DNA of 37,256 nt. It comes from a virus. The position numbers were made by a program, and so were the translations under genes. The notes under the pieces were generated by a model. It was not told where the DNA came from. It did not search any database and saw only the letters and a program-made list of their open reading frames with translations. The stretch lies in the IMG/VR virus record IMGVR_UViG_3300008018_000002; one strand, written 5' to 3'. Below, piece after piece: positions 6,280 to 15,672 of this stretch (positions are counted from its first letter, which is position 1; the number at the start of each line of letters is the position of its first letter).

Positions 6280-7043
6280 TAAACACAAAATCAAATCCCG
6301 ATTTGCCGGATTGCCGGGTTGCTCCGATCAAGCTGGAAGATGCTCGCAAGATCACGGTTGCGAAGCACTACATGGGAACATGGCCGCAAGGCGCGAAGGT
6401 CGCCTTCGGTCTATTCAAGAAATCCAAATGCGTCGGTGTAATGGTGGCTGGCTATGCCCCAACAACAGAGAGGAAAGTTGCAAAGTGGTGCCGAAAAATC
6501 GAGAGAAGGCAATATATCGAACTGCAGCGGACATGGATCAGCGACGAGATGGGGCACAACACGGAATCATGGATGATGGCTCGCGTTATGCGAATCTTCA
6601 AGCAATCCGGGATGTGGCTCGTTATGACCCACAGCGGCGGGTGCAAGGATGATGTGGGATTCATCTTTCAGGCTTCCGGCTGGCTCTATTTCGGATGCGA
6701 TCCGTGCAATGACTTTTACGAAACCGAGCGGGGAGAATACAAGAATCTAGTAAGCGCAATGAGATTCGGTCGCGTCCCCAAGGAGATCTTAAAGCAGGGA
6801 CAGCAAGCTATCGGCGAACATCTTTTCGGAGCGGGCAAGATAGTTCATGCAAGACGACATCTCTACATCTACCCGATCAACCGAGGGCTTCGTCAGCGCC
6901 TCAAAAAACTCACCTTGCCATTTCCAAAGAATCCCGCATTATTTCGCCGTGATCAAGCATGGTCAATTAACGGAGGTGTGGACACGGGGTCTGAACTCTC
7001 ACCGGTTTCTGGGTCACTCCCGGACACCTCCGCCAAGCCATGA
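6276..7043 (+). CDS. Mom-like acyltransferase-fold protein, paralogue 1 (putative DNA base modification)
   Basis: PIKLEDARKITVAKHYMG...FGLF...CVGVM, ELQRTW...NTESWMMARVMRIF, IFQASGWLYFG and HLYIYPI...LPFPK match the family pattern I recall for phage Mu Mom relatives. ATGA coupling on both sides. Confidence 0.55.
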   Translation: MINTKSNPDLPDCRVAPIKLEDARKITVAKHYMGTWPQGAKVAFGLFKKSKCVGVMVAGYAPTTERKVAKWCRKIERRQYIELQRTWISDEMGHNTESWMMARVMRIFKQSGMWLVMTHSGGCKDDVGFIFQASGWLYFGCDPCNDFYETERGEYKNLVSAMRFGRVPKEILKQGQQAIGEHLFGAGKIVHARRHLYIYPINRGLRQRLKKLTLPFPKNPALFRRDQAWSINGGVDTGSELSPVSGSLPDTSAKP

Positions 7044-7771
7044 GCGCTAAGGACATAATCGTCCGTCCGATCAAGGCTGCGGATGCAAACAGGATCGTCA
7101 AATCCTGCCATTACTCTGGCAAGGTCGTTCCGAACTCGCAGCTCCATTTCGGAGTTTTCCTCGAAGGCAAATGCGGAGGCGCGATGCAGTTCGGGCCATC
7201 AATGCGCAAAGACCTGATCCGTCCGCTTGTAGCTGGCACCAAATGGAACGGATTCATCGAGTTGAATCGCATGGCGTTTGCTGACTGGTTGCCGCGCAAC
7301 TCCGAGAGCCGCGCCATTGCTGTTGCTATGCGGCTAATCCGCAAAACGTATCCTCACATCGATTGGATCGTCAGCTTTGCGGACGGAACGCAATGCGGAG
7401 ACGGGACAATCTACAGGGCTAGCGGATTCATTCTAACGGGGATCAAAAAGAATACGGAGCTAGTCGTGAACCCAAGGACTGGCGAGACAATGGCAACCAT
7501 GGCAGCATACCACAAAGGATTTGCATCGGAGATTTCAACATGGGAGAGGCTTTCCGGCCACATGTTCCGATACCTCTACTTCCTCAATCCGGGAGCACGA
7601 TCCCGATTGACAGTTCCGGTAATCCCGTTTAGTGAAATCCAACGCCGGGGAGCAGGTATGTATCTCGGCAAACCAAAACGCGCCGGAAGTGACACTTCGG
7701 ACACGCCAGCTTTCCAAGCTGGAGAGGGCGGCTCACTACCGACCCCGGCGCTCCATTCTCCCGAGATATGA
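7040..7771 (+). CDS. Mom-like acyltransferase-fold protein, paralogue 2
   Basis: PIKAADANRIVKSCHYSG...FGVF...CGGAM, ELNRMAF...NSESRAIAVAMRLI, VSFADG...GTIYRASGFILTG and FRYLYFL...IPFSE are colinear with paralogue 1. ATGA coupling to terS. Confidence 0.55.
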   Translation: MSAKDIIVRPIKAADANRIVKSCHYSGKVVPNSQLHFGVFLEGKCGGAMQFGPSMRKDLIRPLVAGTKWNGFIELNRMAFADWLPRNSESRAIAVAMRLIRKTYPHIDWIVSFADGTQCGDGTIYRASGFILTGIKKNTELVVNPRTGETMATMAAYHKGFASEISTWERLSGHMFRYLYFLNPGARSRLTVPVIPFSEIQRRGAGMYLGKPKRAGSDTSDTPAFQAGEGGSLPTPALHSPEI

Positions 7772-8421
7772 AACCGCCCGTAATATCCCAAGACCAGCTT
7801 GATAAGATTCATCAAGCCAATGCCGCGAACCTCATCAAGAAGGTAAAGAGCGGTAAGACGCTGACGAGCGAGGAACGCCGCATACTGGAAGGCATGGCCG
7901 GGCATGATACGGAGTCGGTCACAACTTCCCGACTCGCTGAAATCTTCGGCGTAAACCGTAAGAGCATCGCGCAATGGCGCAAGGAGGGTAAGAATGTGCC
8001 GGACAAGGTAGGCGGCAAGGAACCGCTGGCCGAGTGGCGGCGATGGTTTGAAGATCACCCGGATGCAGGACATTTCGATGGGAAGCCGAGCAAGAGCCGT
8101 GAGGAGCTTCTTGCCGTCAAGGTAGCGGTGGAGATCGACCTGCTTGAAATCAGGCGAGACAAGGAACGCGGGAAGCTGATTTCCCGTGATGAAGTCAATG
8201 AAAGGGACGTTAGTATTGCGATGGCGCTAAAGGCAATGCTGAGACGATATGAGCGCGAAATACCGACATTATGCCTTGGACTACCACTTACCCAGTCAAT
8301 GCCTATCGTGAAGACCAAGGCGCGAGAGCTACAAGACAGGCTATCAGACATGACTGGCGAGTTCTGGGGGAATAACCCTGAATCCAATGAGCGAACCGTT
8401 TTGCCGCACAATCAAATCTGA
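7768..8421 (+). CDS. terS: terminase small subunit (Nu1-like HTH)
   Basis: LAEIFGVNRKSIAQWRKEGKNVP is an HTH, followed by a coiled-coil-like segment. Lies directly upstream of, and overlapping, terL. Confidence 0.7.
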   Translation: MKPPVISQDQLDKIHQANAANLIKKVKSGKTLTSEERRILEGMAGHDTESVTTSRLAEIFGVNRKSIAQWRKEGKNVPDKVGGKEPLAEWRRWFEDHPDAGHFDGKPSKSREELLAVKVAVEIDLLEIRRDKERGKLISRDEVNERDVSIAMALKAMLRRYEREIPTLCLGLPLTQSMPIVKTKARELQDRLSDMTGEFWGNNPESNERTVLPHNQI

Positions 8422-10135
8422 CTCCGACCTGCACCCGGCAGACTGGTGCGCGGAGTATGTCCACGTTGAGAACAGCGAGCGCGGGAGTAAGTTTGACCCG
8501 TCACAAACCCGATGGTGGAGGAAACCGATGGGATGTTATGCGGACTACGAGACGCGAAACATGGTCTGCATCATGCCGACCGGAGCGGGCAAGTCCACGT
8601 TCTTTGAGGCGATCAACTGCTGGATCGTTTCTGAGGCTCCCGGCTCCGTGCTGTATGCGTCCATCACCGATCCGAACGCGGAGCTTTGGGGAGAGACACG
8701 ATTCCTAAAGGCCGCGAAGAAATGCACGCCGCTGGATCACCTATGGCCAAAGAACCAGCGCAATGCGGTTCGGAAGGATGCGATCATATGGGCGCACATG
8801 TTCATGGTTCTAGGCGGTGCGAACATGTCCAACTTCCAGGAAGTCTCGATCACCTACGGGCAGGGGGACGAGGCATGGGCATGGAAGCCGGGCATGGTTC
8901 GGGAGTGGAATGCCCGATCCCACAACCGCGAAAATCGCAAATTCACGCTCGCATCGCAAGCCGGCATGATCGCCACCGAGGACGGCACGGGTGAGACTTC
9001 AGAGCTTCATGCCGAGCATGACAAATGCCGGAAATGGGATTTCGCTTGGAAGTGCGAATGTGGGCATGTCCAACCGTTCCGCTTTGAGCAGTTGAAATAT
9101 CCAGACAAAGGCACCGATCAGGAAAGGGCGGATGCGGTTGTGCGAGTCTGCGAAGGATGCGGGAAGGAACACGCCGACACTCACGAAAACAGAAGGGCGC
9201 TGCATGACAGCTACGAGGAAAACGACGGGTATCTCTGTGTGAACCCGGACGGGCAGCGCGGATACGAGGGCTTCCACCTCGACGCGGGCGGCATCTGGTG
9301 GATTCCGTGGGCGGAGGACGTATTGCAAAAGATCGCGGCGGACAAAGCGGCGGCGATGGGAGACTTTACCCAGCTTAGGCAATGGACGCAGAAGAGGCGG
9401 GCGGTCGGCTGGTCTGACAACCTGCAAGCCTCGGAAGTCACCCTAAAACCATCCGGCTACACACGCGCCGATTTCAGCGAGGGGCAAAAGATTGATGGCG
9501 AGGCAGTCCGGTTCTGCACGATTGACGCGGGCGGAGATCATTTCTGGCTAAGAATCCGCGCCTGGTGCCAGGGTGGAGAATCCAAGGGTTTGTTTTTCGG
9601 ATACATCAACAGCGAGGCGGAGTGTGATGAAATCCGGGAGCGTTACGGGGTGTTACCAAAGCATACTTTTCTGGATGTTGGATTCGACCAAGAGCGCATG
9701 GCAGGGCTTATCGTGCAATACGGCTGGCAGGGCATGAAAGGGGATGGCAATAAAAAATCCGGGTGGGATTGGCCGATCAAGAGTGACCCGAACAAGAAAG
9801 AAATCCGGCTCTACTCTAAACGCTGGTATGCACTCAGCAAGGAAAAGAAGCAAGCTACCTGCTGGCACATCGCCACCGAGCCGATTCAATACATCCTACA
9901 GCGGCTCATGTCCGGAGAGGGTGCTGAATGGCTTGTCGAGGACGATGCGCCGCCATCATACGCCAAGCACCTAAACAACGAGCGGTTGGAAACAGCCAAG
10001 GATTCGCGAGGGCGGGAGGTCAAGAAGTGGACGCGCCGGGGAGCGCAGCACGGCAGGGATACGGAGGTATATCAAGTCGCCGCCGCCCTAATGTTCCGAA
10101 TTTTCACACCACCAAAAACAACCGAAGATGAGTAA
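8387..10135 (+). CDS. terL: terminase large subunit, GpA (lambda) type
   Basis: Walker A IMPTGAGKST. Cys4 cluster CECGH...CEGCGKEH, as in GpA-family terminases. 582 aa, followed by lambda-like head gene order. Confidence 0.9.
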   Translation: MSEPFCRTIKSDSDLHPADWCAEYVHVENSERGSKFDPSQTRWWRKPMGCYADYETRNMVCIMPTGAGKSTFFEAINCWIVSEAPGSVLYASITDPNAELWGETRFLKAAKKCTPLDHLWPKNQRNAVRKDAIIWAHMFMVLGGANMSNFQEVSITYGQGDEAWAWKPGMVREWNARSHNRENRKFTLASQAGMIATEDGTGETSELHAEHDKCRKWDFAWKCECGHVQPFRFEQLKYPDKGTDQERADAVVRVCEGCGKEHADTHENRRALHDSYEENDGYLCVNPDGQRGYEGFHLDAGGIWWIPWAEDVLQKIAADKAAAMGDFTQLRQWTQKRRAVGWSDNLQASEVTLKPSGYTRADFSEGQKIDGEAVRFCTIDAGGDHFWLRIRAWCQGGESKGLFFGYINSEAECDEIRERYGVLPKHTFLDVGFDQERMAGLIVQYGWQGMKGDGNKKSGWDWPIKSDPNKKEIRLYSKRWYALSKEKKQATCWHIATEPIQYILQRLMSGEGAEWLVEDDAPPSYAKHLNNERLETAKDSRGREVKKWTRRGAQHGRDTEVYQVAAALMFRIFTPPKTTEDE

Positions 10136-10445
10136 GAGACGCGGGGCATACCGGAGCAGGAAGCGTGAGACGAAAAAGCGTGACGACGAGCGACGGCGTG
10201 AAAGCGGAATCTACTACGAGGACGGCGTGAGAAAATGGGTTAGCATCAAGAATAGGAAGGAAATCACGATACAGCCAAACCGCAGGCTTTACATCAAGAC
10301 CGAGGACATCGACCCGGAAACCGAGGCCGAGCTTGGCAACGCAATTGAGGGCAAGTCAAAAAGATTCGACCGATACGCGGCGGCACGGATGATCGTAGCG
10401 CAGGCGATGGCGAAGGGGATAATCATTGAGGGGGATGTTTGCTAA
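10128..10445 (+). CDS. hypothetical protein (105 aa), basic N-terminus
   Basis: Overlaps the terL stop by 8 nt. No motif recognised. Confidence 0.5.
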   Translation: MSKRRGAYRSRKRETKKRDDERRRESGIYYEDGVRKWVSIKNRKEITIQPNRRLYIKTEDIDPETEAELGNAIEGKSKRFDRYAAARMIVAQAMAKGIIIEGDVC

Positions 10446-10456
10446 ACCCTGCCCCG

Positions 10457-10491
10457 TTTGACTTTCGCCACCTTCGGGAAAATCCTTTCCC
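10457..10491 (+). promoter_or_regulatory. late promoter-like element, copy 1 (TTTGACTTTCGCC...AATCCT...ATG)
   Basis: TTGACT at 10458-10463, a 17-nt spacer, AATCCT at 10481-10486, then 5 nt and ATG 10492. No Shine-Dalgarno. Confidence 0.6.
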
Positions 10492-10770
10492 ATGGCATCG
10501 GCATTCAGGCAAGCACAGGGCATTTTCCGGGCGATCCGTGGCAACCCGGAGCTAATCGAGGAGCAGCGGGCGGCGTATGTCGCTGCCGAACGAAGCCTTA
10601 CGTCCACAACTGGCGGCATCCAGGTAGAATCCGCCACGGTCAACGGGCAATCATTTTCCGGCAAGGCGACATCAACGCCAGCCGAGCGTTTCGAGATCCT
10701 GCAAATCCTCATGGGCATGATCGACCGTGACTCTGCCGGAAACCGCACAACCATTGCCGGCTTTTTATGA
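10492..10770 (+). CDS. gpW-like head-tail joining protein (by position and loose similarity)
   Basis: 92 aa between terL and portal, as in lambda. The segment IQVESATVNGQSFSGKATSTPAERFEIL parallels the gpW core. Confidence 0.45.
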   Translation: MASAFRQAQGIFRAIRGNPELIEEQRAAYVAAERSLTSTTGGIQVESATVNGQSFSGKATSTPAERFEILQILMGMIDRDSAGNRTTIAGFL

Positions 10771-12218
10771 TACTTGACCAATACGGAAACGCCACATCCT
10801 CCTATTCCCGCCGACCATCACGCCACGCTAACCTTGGTGGGGGAGATAGGCCGAGCGAGTCAAGGAATCTGCGCGACCTGCACAAGGTTGTAACGAAGTA
10901 TGACCGTCAGACGCTTGTTTCAGCGAGCCGCACGCTTTACCTTAACAGCCCGTTGATGGTCGGCGCATCCAACCAGATCGGGATTTACTCGGTCGGCAAC
11001 GCATGGCTTCCAACCTACAAGGGCGACGATAAGGCGTTCGGAGACAAGGCGAAATACTGGCTCAAGGACGAGTGGTATTCGATCTGCAATATCATCGGAG
11101 ACGTTGCGGATTTCACATCCGACATGTTCGTTGATTCGGTTTCGCTAGACCGTGACGGAGAGGTTTTCGAGTATTCCACCAAGTCTCCGAACGGGTATCC
11201 ACAGATTCAACAAATCCCATCGCATCGCATTGAAAGCGGAGGACTTGCGGACGGCATCTTGCGTGATGGGAGGTATAAGGGTTATGATCTATACGACGGA
11301 ATCGTCTATTTCCCAAACACCTCAATCCCGGTCGCTTACTCCCTTTGCGACGTTGATAGACGGCACAAGCAGTTCATCGAAAAGAAGTTCATCCTCCACA
11401 TTTTCGACCGCTACTGGCCGGAGCAACGCCGGGGTCTGCCCCTTTTCTGGCATTCACTGAACAACCTGCGCGACATCCTCCAGAGCGAGGAATGGGAGCG
11501 CATGAACCTGCTCTCCATGTCGTCTCTCAACTATACGATTGAGAACGAATCCGGCGGCCCCGACATGGACGAGCCAGGATACGAGCCAGCTACCGAATGC
11601 GGTAAGCTCGCCGTGGAATATCTCCAAGGCGGGCGCATCACCTACGCGACGGCAGGGGCTGGCGAGAAGATCACGCAGCACCAGAACTTCCGCCCCGGCA
11701 ACCCTTGGCATGAGTTTTATGACATGCAGGCGCGGCAATGTTTGATCGGAGCAAGCCTCCCTGCATCGCTTTGGAAGCCATCTGGACAAGGCACCGCCGA
11801 ACGCGCCGACATTGGCAAGGCTTGCCGCTTTGTCGAAGATCGCCAATCCATGCTTGAGAAGATCGCGAAGTGGAGAGTCACCAAGGCTATCGCATGGGCA
11901 ATGGAAGCCGGGCGCATTCCGAAGTCGGATGAATGGTGGAAGTGGGAATTTACTAAGCCGCCAAAACTCACGATTGACGATGGCCGCAGCCTAAAAGAGA
12001 AGATGGAGCTTTACGATAAAGGGCTAGTCAACGCCACCGCCGTTATGGGTGAGCTTTCCACCGATTACGAGGAAACCATCCGCGAGCGGGCGCGTGAGGA
12101 GGCTATGCGCCTTGTTGCCGTCCGTGAGATCGGCGCGGAATACGGCGTGGAGATCGACCCCCGCAGCGTGAGACTTTTAACTTCAAACGAGCAACCAATC
12201 CAACCCACAGAAGAATGA
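10767..12218 (+). CDS. portal protein (lambda-family by context)
   Basis: 483 aa, between the gpW-like gene and the protease, ATGA-coupled on both sides. Confidence 0.8.
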   Translation: MILDQYGNATSSYSRRPSRHANLGGGDRPSESRNLRDLHKVVTKYDRQTLVSASRTLYLNSPLMVGASNQIGIYSVGNAWLPTYKGDDKAFGDKAKYWLKDEWYSICNIIGDVADFTSDMFVDSVSLDRDGEVFEYSTKSPNGYPQIQQIPSHRIESGGLADGILRDGRYKGYDLYDGIVYFPNTSIPVAYSLCDVDRRHKQFIEKKFILHIFDRYWPEQRRGLPLFWHSLNNLRDILQSEEWERMNLLSMSSLNYTIENESGGPDMDEPGYEPATECGKLAVEYLQGGRITYATAGAGEKITQHQNFRPGNPWHEFYDMQARQCLIGASLPASLWKPSGQGTAERADIGKACRFVEDRQSMLEKIAKWRVTKAIAWAMEAGRIPKSDEWWKWEFTKPPKLTIDDGRSLKEKMELYDKGLVNATAVMGELSTDYEETIRERAREEAMRLVAVREIGAEYGVEIDPRSVRLLTSNEQPIQPTEE

Positions 12219-13252
12219 TCACCATCGAAAACAAAGCAGGAAAAGTGAAACTGAATGAAGCTGTCACACAGGACAGCATCAAACGCATGATTGATGAGAT
12301 CGGCAAAATGTTCGGAGCCGCAGCAGTAGCTGAAGGCGCGGACTTTGGCGAGATTATGAACGCGGCAGAGAATGCCGTTGATGTTCTCGACATCGAGATC
12401 AACAGCCCGGGCGGCAGCGTGTTTGATGGATACAAAATCTATCAGGAAATCCGCTCGCTTCGGGATCGTGGCGTAGTTGTCAATGCCTGCATCACCGGAA
12501 TGGCCGCGAGCATGGCAAGTGTCATCGCTATGGCAGCGGATAAAATCTCCATTGTTAAGCACGGGCGCATGATGATCCATGACGCATCCAGCGCAGCGCA
12601 AGGCAACGCGGAATCACTCCGTAAGACCGCTGACCTACTAGACGGAATCAGTGGAGACATTGCCGATATTTACGCCGAGCGCACGGGTATTGATAAGGAA
12701 GAAGTCCGCGAAATGATGAAGCGTGAAACATGGATGACCGCTCGCGAAAGCATTGCAAACGGATTTGTTGACGAGGTGGTCGGGGAGCAAGTTGACATTC
12801 GCCAAGCATCAGCGGATTCTTCGCATATGAGCTTTCTTAATCGCCTCACGAACCCATCTTCCGAAGAGTCTATCGAACGCATTGCTGCGCTTGAAGCCGA
12901 CATCACCGCGCAAGCCGCTGACTACCAGGTCAAGCTAGACGCAGCCGAAGCCGCTTTGCAAGAAGCCGCCCAGCTCAGCACCGAAAACGTGGAGCTTCGC
13001 ATTCAGGCAGAGCTTGTCCCAAGCCTCCAGGCGAAGATCATCGAACTGGAAGCAGCAAACACCATCAACGCCGAAAAGATCGACAACGCAGCCGCACAAA
13101 AGCTCGCCGCGATGGGTCACGGCGAGCCGCTTGATCTTGGTGCGCAAAATCCAACTGATAAGATCAGCTCCAAAACGCTTACTGAGTTCCGCGAGTTACA
13201 ACCGCACGCTCAAATGGCCTTCATTAGGGGCGGAGGCAAGCTTATTGACTAA
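12215..13252 (+). CDS. head maturation protease (ClpP/S49 type) fused to scaffold-like coiled-coil C-terminus
   Basis: INSPGGSVFDGYKIYQEI and ITGMAASMASVIAMAAD are serine protease signatures. The C-terminal part is Ala/Glu/Gln-rich and helical. Confidence 0.8.
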   Translation: MITIENKAGKVKLNEAVTQDSIKRMIDEIGKMFGAAAVAEGADFGEIMNAAENAVDVLDIEINSPGGSVFDGYKIYQEIRSLRDRGVVVNACITGMAASMASVIAMAADKISIVKHGRMMIHDASSAAQGNAESLRKTADLLDGISGDIADIYAERTGIDKEEVREMMKRETWMTARESIANGFVDEVVGEQVDIRQASADSSHMSFLNRLTNPSSEESIERIAALEADITAQAADYQVKLDAAEAALQEAAQLSTENVELRIQAELVPSLQAKIIELEAANTINAEKIDNAAAQKLAAMGHGEPLDLGAQNPTDKISSKTLTEFRELQPHAQMAFIRGGGKLID

Positions 13253-13285
13253 ACAATCTCACAAACAATCTAAAAACAAACGACC

Positions 13286-14455
13286 ATGGCTAATACCCTT
13301 ACAGACCTAGTATCAGACTCCTTCGCCGCGCTTGACGTGGTTTCTCGCGAACTCGTCGGATTTGTTCCGTCGGTTACTCGCGACGCAAGCGTTGATCGCG
13401 TTGCGCTCAACCAAACCGTTCGCGTTCCAAAGTCTCGCGCAAATTCGGCGGGGCGTGACATTACGCCTGCTATGGCGTTCCCGGCTGCTAACGACCAAAC
13501 TGTTGACAATTCCGGGCTTACTATCACAAAGGTTCGCGCATTCCCTTTCTCTTGGACTGGTGAAGAGCGTTACACTCTCGACCGTGGCCCCGGAGCATTG
13601 ACCGTTTCACAAGGATGGATCGCACAAGCTCTTCGCGCTGCCGTCAATGAGGTGGAAACCGACATCGCAACCGCAGCGTATCTCGGTGCATCCCGCGCAT
13701 TCGGCATAGCTGGGACAACCCCATTCGCTTCCGATCTTGGTGCATCCGCCCAGATGAAGAAAATCCTCGACGACAACGGCGCACCCGGAACCGGACGATC
13801 GCTGGTGATCAACACCACCGCTGGTGCATCGCTTCGCACGCTTCTGAATAACCCGCTGAACGCAAATACATCACTCAACGGGGATTCCACCCGCCAAGGA
13901 ATGATCATGGATGTCAACGGATTCAAATTCCGCGAATCCGCGCAAGTTCCAACAGTTGCAGCTGGAGCAATGGCATCCGCCACCAGCACAAACGCCGCGT
14001 TTACTGTTGGGCAGACGGTTATTCCGCTTGCTACCGCAGGAACCGGAGTGGTTGCCGCTGGTGATATCATCACCTTCGCAAACGACACCAACAAGTATGT
14101 CGTCGCATCGGTTAGCTTTGCGGGTGCGAACCCAGCATCGGGCGACACCATCACGCTTGCCGCCCCGGGACTGCGTGTGGCTCAGTCCGCCGCTACCCGT
14201 GCAATCACTGTGGTTTCCACCAGCGCCCGCAGTGCGGGATTCAGCGAAAACGCCATCGTGCTAGCCGCTCGGCTCCCCGAGGTTGACCCTGACGGCGATC
14301 TTGCCGCTATGCGCGAAACGATCACTGACCCTGTTTCAGGTCTTTCTTTCGAGATCGCGGCGTATCCGGGATACCGCATGATGACCTATGAAGTATCGCT
14401 CGCTTGGGGCGTTAAGGTCATCAAGCCCGAACACCTCGCTGTTCTCCTCGGCTAA
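13286..14455 (+). CDS. major capsid protein
   Basis: 389 aa directly after the protease-scaffold gene, with an A/C-rich unstructured leader, followed by a strong terminator. Confidence 0.8.
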   Translation: MANTLTDLVSDSFAALDVVSRELVGFVPSVTRDASVDRVALNQTVRVPKSRANSAGRDITPAMAFPAANDQTVDNSGLTITKVRAFPFSWTGEERYTLDRGPGALTVSQGWIAQALRAAVNEVETDIATAAYLGASRAFGIAGTTPFASDLGASAQMKKILDDNGAPGTGRSLVINTTAGASLRTLLNNPLNANTSLNGDSTRQGMIMDVNGFKFRESAQVPTVAAGAMASATSTNAAFTVGQTVIPLATAGTGVVAAGDIITFANDTNKYVVASVSFAGANPASGDTITLAAPGLRVAQSAATRAITVVSTSARSAGFSENAIVLAARLPEVDPDGDLAAMRETITDPVSGLSFEIAAYPGYRMMTYEVSLAWGVKVIKPEHLAVLLG

Positions 14456-14493
14456 TCTCCCGGCATCTGTTGTATTTGTTTACTCATTGCAGT

Positions 14494-14530
14494 CCGCCCC
14501 GCATACAACCATGCGGGGCGGATTTGTTTT
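14494..14530 (+). terminator. rho-independent terminator after capsid gene
   Basis: CCGCCCCGCAT-ACAACC-ATGCGGGGCGG forms a perfect 11-bp stem, followed by ATTTGTTTT. Confidence 0.85.
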
Positions 14531-14537
14531 GACCTGT

Positions 14538-14572
14538 TTTGACATTCGCCGGGATACACGCAACCCTAGCGC
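14538..14572 (+). promoter_or_regulatory. late promoter-like element, copy 2 (TTTGACATTCGCC...AACCCT...ATG)
   Basis: TTGACA at 14539-14544, a 17-nt spacer, AACCCT at 14562-14567, then 5 nt and ATG 14573. A second TTTGAC lies 10 nt upstream, in the terminator tail. Confidence 0.55.
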
Positions 14573-14908
14573 ATGTCCATCCTGAGCGAGTTCATTTCCT
14601 CCGTTGCTCCAATCGCCAGAGCCGTGATTGGAGCGGAGACGCTATCCATTGCGGGCGGAACAGCAATCAGCGGGACGTTCAACGAGGCTCGCCATTCACG
14701 CGATTACGAGGAAGGCGGATTTGATCGGGATGCGATGATGGATTTCGTGGTCGAGACAGCAACATTCGCATCGGCCTATGCCGGATCGGTAACGGACTAC
14801 CTAGGCAAAGCGGCGACCGCAAGGGACGATTCATGGCGCGTTTCATCCATCAGCAAGGGCGCGTTTTTCGTCACGGTGGGATTGGTTTCAACGAACAAAT
14901 CGGCATGA
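14573..14908 (+). CDS. head-tail connector/completion protein (by position)
   Basis: 111-aa ORF, first gene after the capsid terminator. Confidence 0.5.
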   Translation: MSILSEFISSVAPIARAVIGAETLSIAGGTAISGTFNEARHSRDYEEGGFDRDAMMDFVVETATFASAYAGSVTDYLGKAATARDDSWRVSSISKGAFFVTVGLVSTNKSA

Positions 14909-15672
14909 TATCCGGAAAGATCGACACCCGTGAACTAGACCGGCAGATGCGATCCCTCGCCGCTGATTTCGGTGATACAAATGAAACCGCAATCGCACGC
15001 TGGGGCGTGGCAACATGCCGCTCGCTTGTCAAGGGGACGCAGGCTTGGGGAGATGACACCGACGCAAAGAAGAACCAGGAAGCATCTATCAAAAAAGATG
15101 CAAACAGGGCGGTTTACAGCGTGAGCAAGGCTGCATACGTCAACGGCGTGGCATCCGGCAAGTTGTCCGGTCTGGTTATCAACGGTTCGCTTGTGACATT
15201 CACGCCGGATCGCATATTGAAAACCCCGCAGGAAATCAACGCATTCATCGAGCGCAAGCGAACCGGGAAAAACAACCGCGTGCCGACAATGAAGCGGAAT
15301 GACAAGGCCATCACTTCCGTTCCGGCAATGAACAAAGCGTTGCGCATCCGTTTCAAGAAATCCGGGGAGGCAAAGGGCGGATGGATCGGAGCCGGTATAT
15401 CAATCGGCGCGAAGCAACGCAAAGGATCACGCATCACGATTGGAAAGAACGTGGCAGGCTATGCTCACAAGTTCAAGGGAGGTGGCACATCGAGGCTCAC
15501 CCGCTCGCAATGGAACCCCATCGGGAAGATCATCAATAACATCCCGTATGTTTCAACCAATTACGTTTTGAAGAAATCGGACGCTATCGACGCAATCAAC
15601 AACGGCGGTAAAATGACGGTGAAATGGTATGAATCCGCCATCAGGGCAAAACTCAAACGAAAAAAAAGATGA
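14905..15672 (+). CDS. structural protein (head-tail region, by position)
   Basis: ATGA overlap with the upstream stop. 255 aa with a basic C-terminus. Confidence 0.5.
   Translation: MISGKIDTRELDRQMRSLAADFGDTNETAIARWGVATCRSLVKGTQAWGDDTDAKKNQEASIKKDANRAVYSVSKAAYVNGVASGKLSGLVINGSLVTFTPDRILKTPQEINAFIERKRTGKNNRVPTMKRNDKAITSVPAMNKALRIRFKKSGEAKGGWIGAGISIGAKQRKGSRITIGKNVAGYAHKFKGGGTSRLTRSQWNPIGKIINNIPYVSTNYVLKKSDAIDAINNGGKMTVKWYESAIRAKLKRKKR

Noticed and set aside
13245-13273. TTGACT just upstream of the capsid gene, considered as a further copy of the late promoter-like element.
   Set aside because: Only the hexamer matches. The TTCGCC extension, the AAnCCT box and the 35-nt spacing to the ATG are all absent. 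The direct repeat AAACAATCT x2 in the leader is noted but not interpreted.
13570-14154. Long antisense ORFs opposite well-supported genes: 13570..14154, 12065..12601, 7576..8073, 32690..33268, 36204..36659 and others.
   Set aside because: They lie opposite genes with clear family motifs (capsid, protease, terS, initiator). They have antisense-type composition and no start context.
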